Positions 1-12,774 of a DNA stretch of 64,000 nucleotides are shown piece by piece. Numbering within the stretch: the first letter of the stretch is position 1; each line of letters begins with the position of its first letter. This stretch comes from Glycera tridactyla (taxonomy: Eukaryota): positions 81,592,001 to 81,656,000 of the forward strand of contig OZ286473.1 in assembly GCA_965644265.1 (NCBI GenBank). Reading direction: 5' to 3'. A program made the translations under genes and the position numbers. The notes under the pieces were generated by a model, which had not been told where the DNA came from, made no database searches, and saw only the letters and a list, made by a program, of their open reading frames with translations.

Positions 1-304
1 CAAATAATTTCCATTTAAATCGTATCATCTACCACCTACTCAATGCTATTTTGTGGAAGAGAGATTGTTCTGATCTATATCATTTGAATACAAGCAAGAA
101 AAAGATCAGCTGGAAATTGATAATCATTGGAATCAGTCAAATTTCACACAGGGTGGAATACCACCCCTTGGCATTTTGTCACTGATGTAAGATTTTAGTC
201 TGCACCAGACAAGGGAGGCGCGAAACTCTAGGTTGAGATTGAGATTGAGATTGAAAAATCTTTATTAAGCTCCGGCCAGGTATATCAATAAGACTATGTC
301 TTAC

Positions 305-458
305 CCTTAGGAGGTTGAAAGTTACCATTTCGATATTGGCCTCTTCGAGTTCTACTGTACTCGGGGAAATACACAAGACGGTCTCTTTGTCTACCTGGTG
401 CCTGGATTTCTTTGCCACGCGATTTTCATACATAAATTTGGGCAGCCACTTGACATAC
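305..458 (-). CDS. Candidate internal exon of a downstream, unidentified gene
   Basis: Acceptor gaaatttcgcag and donor AGG|gtaaga bound a 154-nt stretch open in only one frame: YVKWLPKFMYENRVAKKSRHQVDKETVLCISPSTVELEEANIEMVTFNLLR. Family not recognised. Confidence 0.4.
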
Positions 459-1925
459 CTGCGAAATTTCATTATTAAAACCTAGAGCAATTCTTCGTGT
501 TTAGCCAAATCATGGCACACTTCAATGGTTCTGAATAATGCATACACTAGTAAGGCGTGTATCATTATGTATGTCAATGTGATACAGTTTGGTATGAATA
601 CAATATCGAGAGATCTTGAAAAGAAGAGCCGTGATCCACTGTGCACTGAAGTAACAATATATAATATAAACTCATCCATTACTACAAGGTAATTGTATTT
701 CAACATGAGAGGGTTACATACCGCTTTCAGCTTAGTGATAACCCTATTTAATCTCATACCTCTGTATAACTATTGGACATCCCACACGATGATATCACTT
801 ATATCACTTCATACCACTGATATTACTTTAAATACGCCACCTCTGTTGTTTTAAGGTTTCAAAAGATATGTGACAGTTATATACCATGGACTATATTGCA
901 CTACAAATCATATACCTCTGGTAACAATCACCTACCCGCCAAGCTATCAACAAATTGAATCATGTGTGAACTTAGATGGGAAGCTTCTGGTGTTGAAAGC
1001 CTGAATTAACACCCTGGTAATCCATGTTAATCTTGCGGATTTGTGCGGAATGACATGCCAGCTCTATTCACGCAGTATATTTTAAATGACACATCGTCCA
1101 TGTGGACCTCTATTCGCTTTTCTTGATTATATCAACTGTATTTATTTATACAAATACATGATGGTGGTGGTGAGTGGATCCATCTCGTACATATGTATTT
1201 CGATCGATGACTTTTTATGCGACGAGAAGCTCAGGAGGGAACTAGATGTGTGTTTTAGTAGATCCACTAATGTAGCATAAGTGGATATATTTCGAATATC
1301 GAATCAGAAAATTCTGTAAAAATGTCAGGTCAGCACTATTGTTGTATGATTTGAAATCAAACCTTAATATTGACTTGCAGGACTTCATTACCGAATAATC
1401 CTCCCAGTCCAGCCTATATTTTGATATCTGAAGATCTGATATGCATTTGATTCATATAAGAGCCACACTAGGTCAATTCTATGTCTAATCGACTGTATTA
1501 GATGAGCCTTCTAAGTTTGTTTTTGGGTTGGCTCTGCTTCTGTCTAATTCTTTCCCTATGATACATACTTGATTACAAATCTCCATTCATTCCATTGTTA
1601 AAACTGGCCGAGATTCATTTGTATTTTCCAAAAAGGAGCAGCATAGCTGAGGTTTTACAGTTAATACCAGCTTTCTGTCGCAACCATCATTGGTTCATCT
1701 CACATTGATGGTCAATTTATTGTCAATCGGGAGAAATCTGCGTAGGGTGTGACATCAAAGACAAGGTTTCTTTCTAAGAAAGCTATGAATAACATAGATA
1801 TGAGAGACATCATCCATTCCAGGTTGTCAGTGATGGCAGCAATAACATCCTGAAACGACCCCAAGTTGTCATGGCAACAGTGACCTTCATTTCAATACAG
1901 CACACCACCCTTCCAACATATCGCG

Positions 1926-2290
1926 GTCGGTTGGATGGCTTTTTCCTTTATGTCCCATGAACACCATATCGGCTTCACTGAGACGCCCATGCAATGGGCA
2001 TGGGCGGGATCATTCAAGCCTCCTATTTCTGGCTCCCAACAAAGGTGACAATCCATGCGTTTTGAACCTTGATGAAATCCCGGGTGCATTCCAGATTCAA
2101 GAATGAAATCACAAACTTAACATGGGCATAGTTGAAGATGAAAAAATCATGCCTCAATTAAAAACAATATATGTGGGCAATCTTCACCATATCACACCAT
2201 ATCGTACATCAGTCGATGATGAGGATTGATTGATTGATTGGTTGATGTTTTATACCATTTCAATCCGTTCTGGGTTATATGAGACGTCAC
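1926..2290 (-). repeat. Two SINE-tail-like motifs
   Basis: GGCTTCACTGAGACGCCCAT at 1971-1990 and (GATT)n...GGTTATATGAGACGTCAC at about 2224-2290. Confidence 0.5.
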
Positions 2291-3172
2291 TGAAAGTGGC
2301 ATTTCATTTCCTAAATATTCATAACGTTTATTACCATTATTCATCATTGCTTGGTTATCCAATAAACCAAACTTTTCATTGGCTGTTGTGAAAATATCGG
2401 CTTCAGGTCGTCTCGGAAAGTTATCTAGCATACCACAGCATATGAAAATCAACAAAAATGTTTCACATTGTCATTCATGTATTTGCTATATGAAAAAAGC
2501 AAAGCTGATACATATATAGGTCACCATGCCTGGGGATTCCACTAGGGTTCAGACCTACCCCTTGTACGTGGCATCACCCACTTCATGCTGAGAAACCAGC
2601 ATCAAGGAATATATCTGAATTAAAATGAAATCCCCCACAGGCGAGAATGACTGATAGGCAAGTTAACAAATAATTCCATACACACATCATTCATATAGCA
2701 CATGACATCATCAAAGGGTGAGTTTAGTGACGTAACAAAACCCATTTTGCCCTCACAAATAAGTACTGATACAACTTTTTATATACAGTATTTCCTAAGT
2801 CATCCAGAATTTTATTACATTTCGTACAACATCGACGTAGAAAATGTTGGCCAAATAACCAGAAACGAGAAGACGACCCACCAACCACCCCTTCCCCACG
2901 CAATTTTTCAATATTTCTTAACCAAGTCTATTGCTCTACCATCGAATAGACTTAGGTGATAATTTTTATTCTGACGTGACCTTTGGGGAGGAATCAAATC
3001 AATGTTGACTCTACCTCATTCACCCAGCATCAGAACACTCTGAATGGCAACTGATGAGGTACATAAGGCTGAAACTCGTATTGGCTGGAACATGTTGCAT
3101 ATCTCAGTATCTGGCCTGGCAGTTGTACTCCAAATCTGCTGAAATGTCAAAATGCGTTTAGTTGTTTCAGGA

Positions 3173-3188
3173 GCCACTAGATGGCATC
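3173..3188 (+). promoter_or_regulatory. CTCF-like site
   Basis: CCACTAGATGGCAT matches 13/14 of the CTCF core CCASYAGRKGGCRS. It lies in a CpG-rich patch with two TGACGTCA palindromes (3239, 3343). Confidence 0.35.
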
Positions 3189-6100
3189 ACACATTTGTTG
3201 TGACGCCACTGCCTAGCGACAGAATGCAACATCATTTGTGACGTCATGGCGTCCGTTCAATAAGAGTCTTGTCTTGTGGGAGAGGGGACGTGTTTGCCTC
3301 GTCCTCCTGATATCTATATATACTACGAGAATGCATCGATTGTGACGTCATGAACTACGAATGAAGCACTAGGAAATGAGCGTTTGACATGTCATTTTCT
3401 TGTATGATACCGTCTCTTCTGCATATATGTTGGTTTATCTTTGTACTATACTGAAAAAATACAGTCAAAGGACTTTCCTTGCCAAAGAGTATGAATCAAG
3501 TTATAAATCAATTCAGTCAAGATCGCTTAATTGTGACTTCAATTCCTATAGTAGAGTCTTCCTTCTGGGTTTTTTAATTGGTTATTTCCTCTACATGTCC
3601 CATCTCCGAAGACCAGATACACTCGGGTTATTGAATATAATTTTTTTAATATATCAAAATCACATGCACTCAAAGTGTCATTTTGTATAAATAGCGTCAG
3701 AAATGTCAAAATAAATGCGCAGATATTATCAAATTCATGTGATTCTGAAGTCAAATATAATGGTTTTCCTTTTGTTATGAGAAGGGGAAGCGGTGATTCG
3801 AAGGTGCGTTGCGTCCGTTTTCTGGTTAGTTGTTCATCTGTTCAATAAATGAGGTGCAGCACAAGACAATAAATCCCAGCCTATGTTTACTTTTCCAGAC
3901 CTCTCTGACATAAGACAACTGGTCCTAGACACGAAGATAAGGAATAGAGGTTGAAACAGGAGACACAGGTAGGCGGGTATGTAATGAAAATGGGACAAAA
4001 CTGGAAATACTGCTATCACGCTGAGCGTATATTAGCAAATATCCATTTTTGTGCTTTTTCATTATTTTCCCGAAGCTACCATTCCAAATTCCACCTCTAC
4101 TTCCAACCACATCCAGTAACCTCTTACTTATCCGAGAAAATACAGCTTAAAATAACATATTTCCACTCAAGCATGGACAGCCTAACAGACATTACTAAGT
4201 AGACTGTTGCTAAATACAGATCACTTCAAAAAGCAACGAGTACTCCTTAGTGCGTACAAATTTAGCACAAATATACAAGAAATTGTTAAAAACGGAAAAT
4301 GTGCGATTTCTGCCCAGAGAAAGAGGTCAAGAAAAGTAAGGTATGGCATGAATCCCTGCATCATGAATGTGAATAGGCGTATTAGTACAAATCTCTATAC
4401 AGATATCAGCAGTGTCAGTACATGGGGTGGTCACGTGATGGAAGCGGTGCACATCGCCACCTCTCGTTCTTATCTCTGCAGGTAGATGGCGCACAGGTGC
4501 TTCAGTCAGTATTGCTCGAGTAGAGGGCAGCACCGCCAACACATTCAATCAATTCTCAATCTTCAACCTCACCCTTATTGATTTACCTCTCGAATTTGCC
4601 GCATATCACAACAGACCGATATATGTTTGGAAAAATCTCCTCATAAATCAACTTTCATTACAATCCCAAGGAATGAACACATTTGCTATGTATGCCTAAA
4701 CCGATTACAAGGCAGGACAAAATGACTTTAGAAAGACATTCCTATCTTATAACCTTGACACTTTATATGATGCCAGAACTATCATCAATATATAGGAAAT
4801 TAGTCTACAAGAATGAAACCAATCGACTAGCAATCTTATCTATCGATATCATCCCTCTTATCTGTTACCAACGCAATATATCTGTTACTAATCTGTATAC
4901 CATAGCCTATCTTTCCTCGTGATTGTGTCATAATTCTGCTGGGGTGCGTTATGATGCCTCCAAATATAAACAGCATGCTGTGATGAGCATTAAACTATCA
5001 AACAGACTGAATCCATATGGTGGATAAGCAAAACTCATCCTTTTTCCGTAATCTGCAGATTACCAATCGCAGACTGATCACACCAAGGCAGGTGTTTGTA
5101 TCAGCCACTTGTCCATGCATGCATGTATATCAATCTATAATCCATTGATTCGCATGTTACCCGATTAAATGCATTGTGTCCTCGGGCCCTTCGCACAATG
5201 AGGGAAAAAAACTCTGGATGCAAATATGATTTCTGATTCTTCGTTGGATATTGGACGACTGGAATATATCAAGTTTTGGACTGGCACTGAGTGACCAGTC
5301 AAGATGAAAAATAATTGTGAATTTCAATGAGAAAATAGTCATGAATTAATTGGCGGCCGTGCCCTCCACACATGTTTGTAAAATATGTGCATCCACAGTC
5401 AGAGTAAAATGTCAGTCAAATCAACAAGTCAATCCACCCAGCAAACACCTGACGTCATGACGTTATGACGTCATCAGCTATGATCTCACCTTGACGTCAT
5501 TTTTACATTATACACTCTCAACCATGAAGCCCCCCATTCTGAGTTGAATCTCTATCTATACATGGTATAGAAGACAACATCTGTACCGAACAATCTTTAA
5601 CCACCTCTCCTGATTCTTTTTCATTGTATTATGAAAAACAGCATCACATGACGTTTAATTGACGTCATTTTGACGTCAGGTGGTTGCTAGGTGGTGCATA
5701 GCATCATAAGGACATTATTCACATCATTTTATACCACAGATCCAATGCCCAGTAGATATTCAACCATATGATATAAGCTGAAATATCTCACTTTTTTCTA
5801 ATACATGTACGTTGTATCTTTCAAAACGTCCACATCATCAAGACGTTGATCTGTGGTATAAAAGCACAAACGTATGAACGTTGAATAAAATCATCGTATT
5901 CCACTCCATGTGATCCGCAATTGGGGAAAGTAACGTATGGAATATTGTAATTTTATCCTATGGTCACACGATCTTGCTTCACGATATAAGTGTATAAACA
6001 ACAGGTGTTGGAATCACGAAGTTGCGATCTATGATGGCAACAATTGTGTGACGTCATCATTATCTGCGTTCACTTACGTCAGACGTTTGCATACCCATTC

Positions 6101-6210
6101 AGATAGAAAGTCCAACAACCAGTTGAAACAAGCTGCACATCCTGTTAGCATATAACCATTGCATGGGACAATGTCTGCATTCACGAAATGGCTAGCATAC
6201 GTGTATTGCA

Positions 6211-6232
6211 TGTGTGTGTATGTGTGTGTGAG

Positions 6233-6263
<31 letters not shown>
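6211..6263. repeat. (TG)n microsatellite
   Basis: Direct reading. Confidence 0.95.
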
Positions 6264-8113
6264 CCGTGGAGTTGTGTTCATGTGTGTATGGGCATTTCCT
6301 CTGTACATGCATTTCCAGAGGTCACATACAGAAAAATGCACACATATCTCAGAAGCGAAGTATGTTTTGATTTGTATATGGATGGGGTTCAATCTGAAAC
6401 TCATACCACTTGCAATAACACCTTTTTTGCAGATTAGGCCTTTCCAATGCATTTGCACAGATTCTGCTGTTTCACTCCATGAATGAGGTAGCATGATTGA
6501 ATCCGTGCGTCATTTTAAGGTTTTCTTCAAGGGGAAGGTCTATTCCCCTGTATATCCAATACACACGATATCGACTCACGTTCTGTGACGTCATCAAGGC
6601 GTCATAGAGGTCATGACCCGATGTCATGTGGGTCTACATCCCCCGCAAAAAAAGGTTAATGCGGCGATATGGCCAAACTGTCAAGAGAAGAAAAAAGGAA
6701 AATAGTAACGGAAACATTCAGTGATAGAAAGATGATGTTAAACGAGATGAAATTACCTCTCTAACTTCCGGGAGATGATCTTAAAACACGTCGACATCGG
6801 CCGCTTCACGACTTAACGATTCGTCTCCCAATTGCAGTATCTCCACAGATGACTTTATTTCTTCTATCACACGACTTCTCTCCTGACGCCCTTGCTAACG
6901 AGGACGGAAGGGTTAATGACCTTGGAATGCCCTCCGCAAGATGGAAGCAGCTTCTTTCGCAGATGTGACCTAGCCAAATATGTTGGCTTCAACTCGCAAT
7001 CCATCCCCAATTTGGTGTGTTCTTATGTATGTGTGTGTGTGTGCGTTTATGTGTTGGTGCATGTGGATGTGTGCTTTCATGATGAACATTGAGTGATGTG
7101 TGCGTGCACATTCGCAAGTCGATAAAGTAGCACATCATAATGACAATATGGTCATCAGAATCACGATTCTAGCTAAAACACCGGATAGAACGGAAGATAC
7201 CAAACTACAGGGAACGTCATAAATCTATAAAATACCACCTAAATATATACATGTTACCATACGGTTCCATGCAATCCACTTGAACAAGCACCACACCCGA
7301 GTATGACACTTATTTTCGGTGAATTCCATGTATTTGGTGGGTTCGGTAACGTTCACTGTCTTCAGTAAAGTACGTTCCACACAATGTTTTAGCGCTGACC
7401 ATTAATCTCAGTCGTGTTGCGAGCTGTATGATAAGGGAGTCTATAAAAAGGGACACTACCCTCCCTAAGTTCAAGGAACCACATACTGTTACTGTACCAG
7501 TTTGAATCCCAAAAACGCTGGGATCTCCAGAACCTGACATTTAAAATTGTTTATCATTGACTAGATGATTTCACAATGGTTGATGCGCCCGTCCGATTAG
7601 CAGCATGAGGAATACTTTGCACTCCTGTGATCAGAGGTTAGTCACCAGACACAGAAAAGCACCCTATCTATCGGCTCATGAGCTTACACTCCACTTCATG
7701 CAAGATTTTTGCCTACACAGTTCTGTAGTATACAAAAATTGAGTGAAATGTGTAAAGCTGAGAGATGACTGGAAGGTGCTGACATTACACCGAGGGGGAG
7801 AGAGGTGACATAACATGAAACCGATGGAGAGATAATGGGTAAATGAGAGGAGAGGCGCCTGAATCGACTGTACTGACACAGTTCGAGGCCGACTTTCATG
7901 TTTGTGACGTCACAGGATATGTTCGGCAGCGTCCGTCGCATTTCATCAGCATAGATATCGGTTTCTCTGACGTCATACATACGTCATGAATGTTGGGAGC
8001 ATGGACCATAGGAGATACGGAGACACAGATCAGCAGGCAATGAGAGGATCCAGCAAACTAGTTTTAGTGAGGGTGACGTAAAGCACGTGAATCGTGACGT
8101 CATAACGTGCCCA

Positions 8114-8302
8114 TTATCCATTTCCAGGAGCTGATGGCAAGGAATAATATATCCACCAGCCGACTTTAAAGATGAGGAAACTTATAGGAAATCCTTTACG
8201 GGAGAATTTGTCTACTTTCTCAGCTCGATGGATCGCCATAGGATCGACAGCCTTCGGTGGTTTTTTGCTCTTCGCTCCTCCCGTGTTCTCTACAACGTTC
8301 AG
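8114..8302 (-). CDS. Alternative terminal exon H (distal loop + M4 + C-tail), most distal
   Basis: Acceptor tctcactttcgttgcag, phase 0. LNVVENTGGAKSKKPPKAVDPMAIHRAEKVDKFSRKGFPISFLIFKVGWWIYYSLPSAPGNG*. Confidence 0.9.
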   Translation of the reverse strand: MNVVENTGGAKSKKPPKAVDPMAIHRAEKVDKFSRKGFPISFLIFKVGWWIYYSLPSAPGNG

Positions 8303-10754
8303 CTGCAACGAAAGTGAGACGGCAGTGAGTGGGTGTCAGGGAGAGCACTGCACAAATTGTGTTCTTTTTTGGCTGGGAGAGCACTGCATCACAATGCGCC
8401 TGCGTTTGGATGAATTCTGTGGGAGAGATAGAGCAAGCGCAGATAACGCTAAAGCGACCGTTTGTTTTGTGGTGTTTAGTGAGCTGGCGTCGTCCGTGCC
8501 TTCTCCTCTTGAACTCCCGTGCTGGGCTCCTAGCGAGATTGGTAGAGTGGTTGATAATTGCGGCAATCGCGCAGCAGAAACAGGTTTCAAACCTCTCAGA
8601 ATTCCGTGAAAATATGTCTAAAATTTGGATGAAGTTGAGCCTGAATTAATGGGAATGCCTCTATGTTGGTTCATCTTCCCTTAGATAGTATCTTTCATTT
8701 TGAGTAATTTGAGAAAGAACAGTTTTTTTGGTTGTTTTGCATTGTTGGGATTATCTATCAAAAGTACAAATTGGCTTGACTTTCATAGCCACTGTATACT
8801 TGTGTAGATAAATCAACAAATCTCTGAGCGCATGAATTCGTTTCTTTAAATTACAGCACTGGACTTCTCTGGGACATGACATCCCAAATTATTGTAAGCA
8901 TGGCAAATAATGCCAGTAATGCTTAGATAATCATAAAAGAGAATTAAAAAATTCCACATCTTCACGGAATTTAGAATGGAGTGGAAAATACACACCGACC
9001 TCCAGAAAGCATATAGAGACAGATGTGGAAGAAATTGAATGTATAATTGCAAAACACCAAATGTAACAATAAATATGGACAAGGTTAGTATATATTGGTT
9101 CATCATGCAAGTTATAATACTTGGAATAAAATATGGTGCAAAGTATGAAAGGTGTTGTCTGCTACAGGGGTGCACTACCATTCTAGGAAAAGCAAATATA
9201 TACTACAAGTTTAGGGCATACTTCTCTCCCAAGTTGGGGATTTCTCCTTACTGTGAAATATCGATACCTTTGACTAAAGGGATCTGGAGCCTAATGAGTC
9301 CCTTATCAACATCTCGCAATACCACTGATATAATTTGTTATAGAGGACCACGAGTGTCAATGTATATTGACAGGAATTGTAGATAAAACATGCAAGGTCT
9401 TGATAAGACAAAAGAGACAATTACCAACATACCCTGTAAACAAACAGACATTTGAATTGCTGTAGAGGTGATCCTAATAAATTCCTACATTGCCAAACAG
9501 TATAGACTCAACAATTTGTAGATTCGTGGCTAGTCCCTTTTAACTACTCTTTGATCCATATGGAAGCATATGATACATATGGTGCATTTTCCTATAGTTC
9601 ATGTGAACATTGAGTCAGGTATTCTTAGACAGATAAAGACAAAAAGCCCATGATGAGGTGATCAATTAATGGAATGGAGTTCATGCTAAAACTGCCAAAT
9701 ATGAAGAGACAATCAAAAGTCCGATGTCTGATAATTTCATGAAAATAATTTCATGAAATAATATCAGAGGAATCCCCAATCTGAGTATCCGTACAGGAGA
9801 TTCAGGATAGGTAACCCAGGTAAATAAAGGTACCATCGGATACATCCCACGTGTACTCTCAATGACCAGATACATTTGAGACGACACGGGGAGGACTTCT
9901 TGTCTTTATGTCACACCTGGATCAGAAAACATTTACATCGCAGGAATTCAAGGCGTTTCTCACGTGAATGCATGTGGCAGGCATGTTTCAAGCGGCATTG
10001 ACTGGTCATCACACATGATGTGAGATTAAATTTAAGGACCAGTCAATACGAAGCCTTATCACCCATATGGTGTACTGCACATAATATCTCATGCCTGTAT
10101 ATATCACATGGATAGCTACAAGAGTTGAATAAAGGTGCATACATTCCATATAGAAATGACATCTTATTCAGGTTTTGTTATAGAAAGCCGTGATCACAAC
10201 AAATTTGTTCAGTCATAAATGTCCATAATAATGCTTCGGTACTTATACAGGTGCATATTGGGTCAGAGAGACGATTAACAGTACTCAATCAATAACTGTT
10301 CTCAAGACACAAACACACACTCTCCAATACACAATCATTCGTGCACACTCATTAGTAGTAAATGTGATATGCTGATATGATTCGCCCTCTTCCAACTGGT
10401 GGTAGAGGTATTGTGTTGAGGTACCTGAGTGCATTCTATATTCATCATCACCCTATTTGCGCTCTAGAATCTTCATTTCCATGGAGCAAAACTTGTCCAC
10501 AAAGACCACCGATCGTCATTTGATTGTCATTCATGATAAGATGGTTAGGTATTTCAGCAAATAATATATATATATCTCCTTTTCCAGTATACTATTTATC
10601 ATTAATGTTTTGGAAAATGGTTCTTATACACTGGTGGTCTTTATAGCAGGTTTGAGTGCATATTCTAGATTGGATTGTATATATTCCCCATGGAAATGCA
10701 ACAGGCACATGCTTAATGAAATCGCTGAGGAAGCCGCGCGATCTCGCTAGATAA

Positions 10755-12215
10755 ATCAGAGCGCAAAGCAGTATACTCGTTTCTCAGGATGAATTATCAC
10801 AGATCACAAGCTTTCGCCCTCGGATGAATGTTCAGACCAACATGGCCCTAGATTTTGCATCCTCTTAGGCAACTGTTGAGCCCCCAAGCACCGATCTAAC
10901 AATGCCCCTACAATCAATAGTCATCCACGTTACATCCCATGAATGTCTGTATTTCACTGGTTGAAGCCAGCTTGGATTCCATAGCACCCACTCTGCTGCT
11001 TCAACCTATCATACCATCTTCAAATACAAACGGGTTAATGAAACATATTCTCGTAAATCAACAGAGTGAATTCCGTATCATTTCTTGCCGAGCGACAATG
11101 GGAATATATTGATTGAGTGTTTCCAATTAACTGCGATTGCGTCTCCTTTTGAAGACTGGTTTTGCTATAAAACTGGCAATTGGAAGGCAGGCCTATGTGC
11201 TGCTTATTGGGATGACTTTCTTGTCGTTGATGAGTGGTCAACAGAGCGACATCTACCGATCTTGATCCACCACGACGGAAATACACGAATGACACCGGAA
11301 ACCCCCGAGAATGTGAGAATCGACTTGAGCCCTCCCCGCGACACGATTATGTCTCAAAGTCCCGCTCAGTAACAAAATGTGAAAATCACAATCACATTCT
11401 ACTTCTCTCGTCATCATAGAAATGTGGAATGAATCAAAGACGGTAATATTTTGATTGGTGTACTATTGGAGCCCAAAGTTCCGAAATGAAGGCCCTTTGC
11501 TTTGATTATTTCGAGAAAAAAACGGGTTCGAACCAAACGGAGAATAACAACTTCTCCTTTCATTGTATCATCACCTGAAGTGTAATGAATTACCAGTCGT
11601 GGTGAATTCCAACTGCTACCGATATTATTCAATTTCCTTACTGAAACCAATCTTCAAAGCATCCCTGTAACCCACATATGTGATATCTTCAGGAAGTATG
11701 TCCGGTCATTCAATCGCGCTGCCTTTGAACAAAGTCAAGATATACTCGAACTTGTCTATGATGACTTTTCACGATTTCAGGAAATGGACTCTATAGACAG
11801 GTAAATGCTGTTGGCAGGTGGATATCATGTAGAAGCGGTCTCCATAGCAGGTTCGACTGTATCTAAGGATATGCATCGCGTCATGTATGGCAAGACACCT
11901 GCCCAATAATAAGTTGATATTCAAGGCAATATCACAATACCTAGAATATCGATATCTTTATTATTGAACAAATGTCTTGCCATGGAAGAAACAAATAAGA
12001 GGAACGCCATTATTCGCGCGAAACAATATACAAGTCTGGCACAAAATGATTCAAGTCCCACAAAATGGAGAAAAGGCGAAATAAAACTTAGCATATTAGA
12101 TTTATTTCTCATTGAATACGTACAAGTGGGGGTGTACAAAAAGGGTATAAAGAATCTGTGGGGAACAATGACAATGAACAACAGACCAGCCTATACACCT
12201 TGTGTCTCGATATAA
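10755..12215 (+). pseudogene. Stop-depleted decayed reading frame (pseudogene or transposon relic, family unknown)
   Basis: One + frame joins track ORFs 11085-11372 and 11964-12215 and an untracked segment RGEFQLLPILFNFLTETNLQSIPVTHICDIFRKYVRSFNRAAFEQSQDILELVYDDFSRFQEMDSIDR. I count 11 internal stops in about 486 codons. Confidence 0.35.
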
Positions 12216-12722
12216 AATGTCTCGAAATCAAACTCGGTAATCTGAATTCGATTTATGTGCCCCCAGATGAATACTCAAAAAGAAGCACATTTGAATAAGA
12301 GGAGCACTTCTGTGAACAGCGACTATTTCACCTCCTATAACATCAGCTGACAACAGACAACAGGCGTCATAACTCGAATACATTTAAGGATCTGTTCTCT
12401 GTTAGAACAGAGCCACACGTACTAACGGCATTCAAAAATATCCAAAAACTGTACTAGAAACAGAACATTTCACCCTTCTCTAAGGACGAGATATAATTTA
12501 TACAATAACACTGTCTCATATATTGGAACTCCCAAACCGAATCAGGATATGCAAGGGTGGGAACACAAGCAACATGAATTCAGAATGTCAAACATAGCTT
12601 GGATCATGGGCAAAGTAGAGCCAATCGTACATTTTGCATGATATGTATAAGGCAGATGGGGTGTAATGAAGAAAAATGTGGAAATAATTTCCTCATTTTT
12701 TTATCTTGGGAAGGTGGAACTG

Positions 12723-12774
12723 GAGAGAGAGAGCGAGAGAGAGAGAGAGAGAGTGAGAGAGAGAGAGTGAGAGA
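12723..12774. repeat. (GA)n microsatellite next to an assembly gap
   Basis: Direct reading. Confidence 0.95.

Noticed and set aside
3051-3075. CTGATGAG...GAAAC hammerhead-ribozyme-like core
   Set aside because: No convincing stem II and no properly placed stems I and III.
6159-6494. CV-, TH-, D- and I-rich ORFs here and at 39759-40488, 44767-45372, 59651-59977 and 60884-61111
   Set aside because: Translations of microsatellites and low-complexity tracts.
8172-8609. 145-aa + strand ORF and similar + ORFs over exons E, F, G, B and A
   Set aside because: Antisense shadows of real exons or GC-rich flanks, with no independent coding signature.
10440-10520. Minus-strand SVVFVDKFCSMEMKILERK as a possible ninth M4 exon
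   Set aside because: Only VDKF matches. There is no RKxFP, no hydrophobic helix and no YW.
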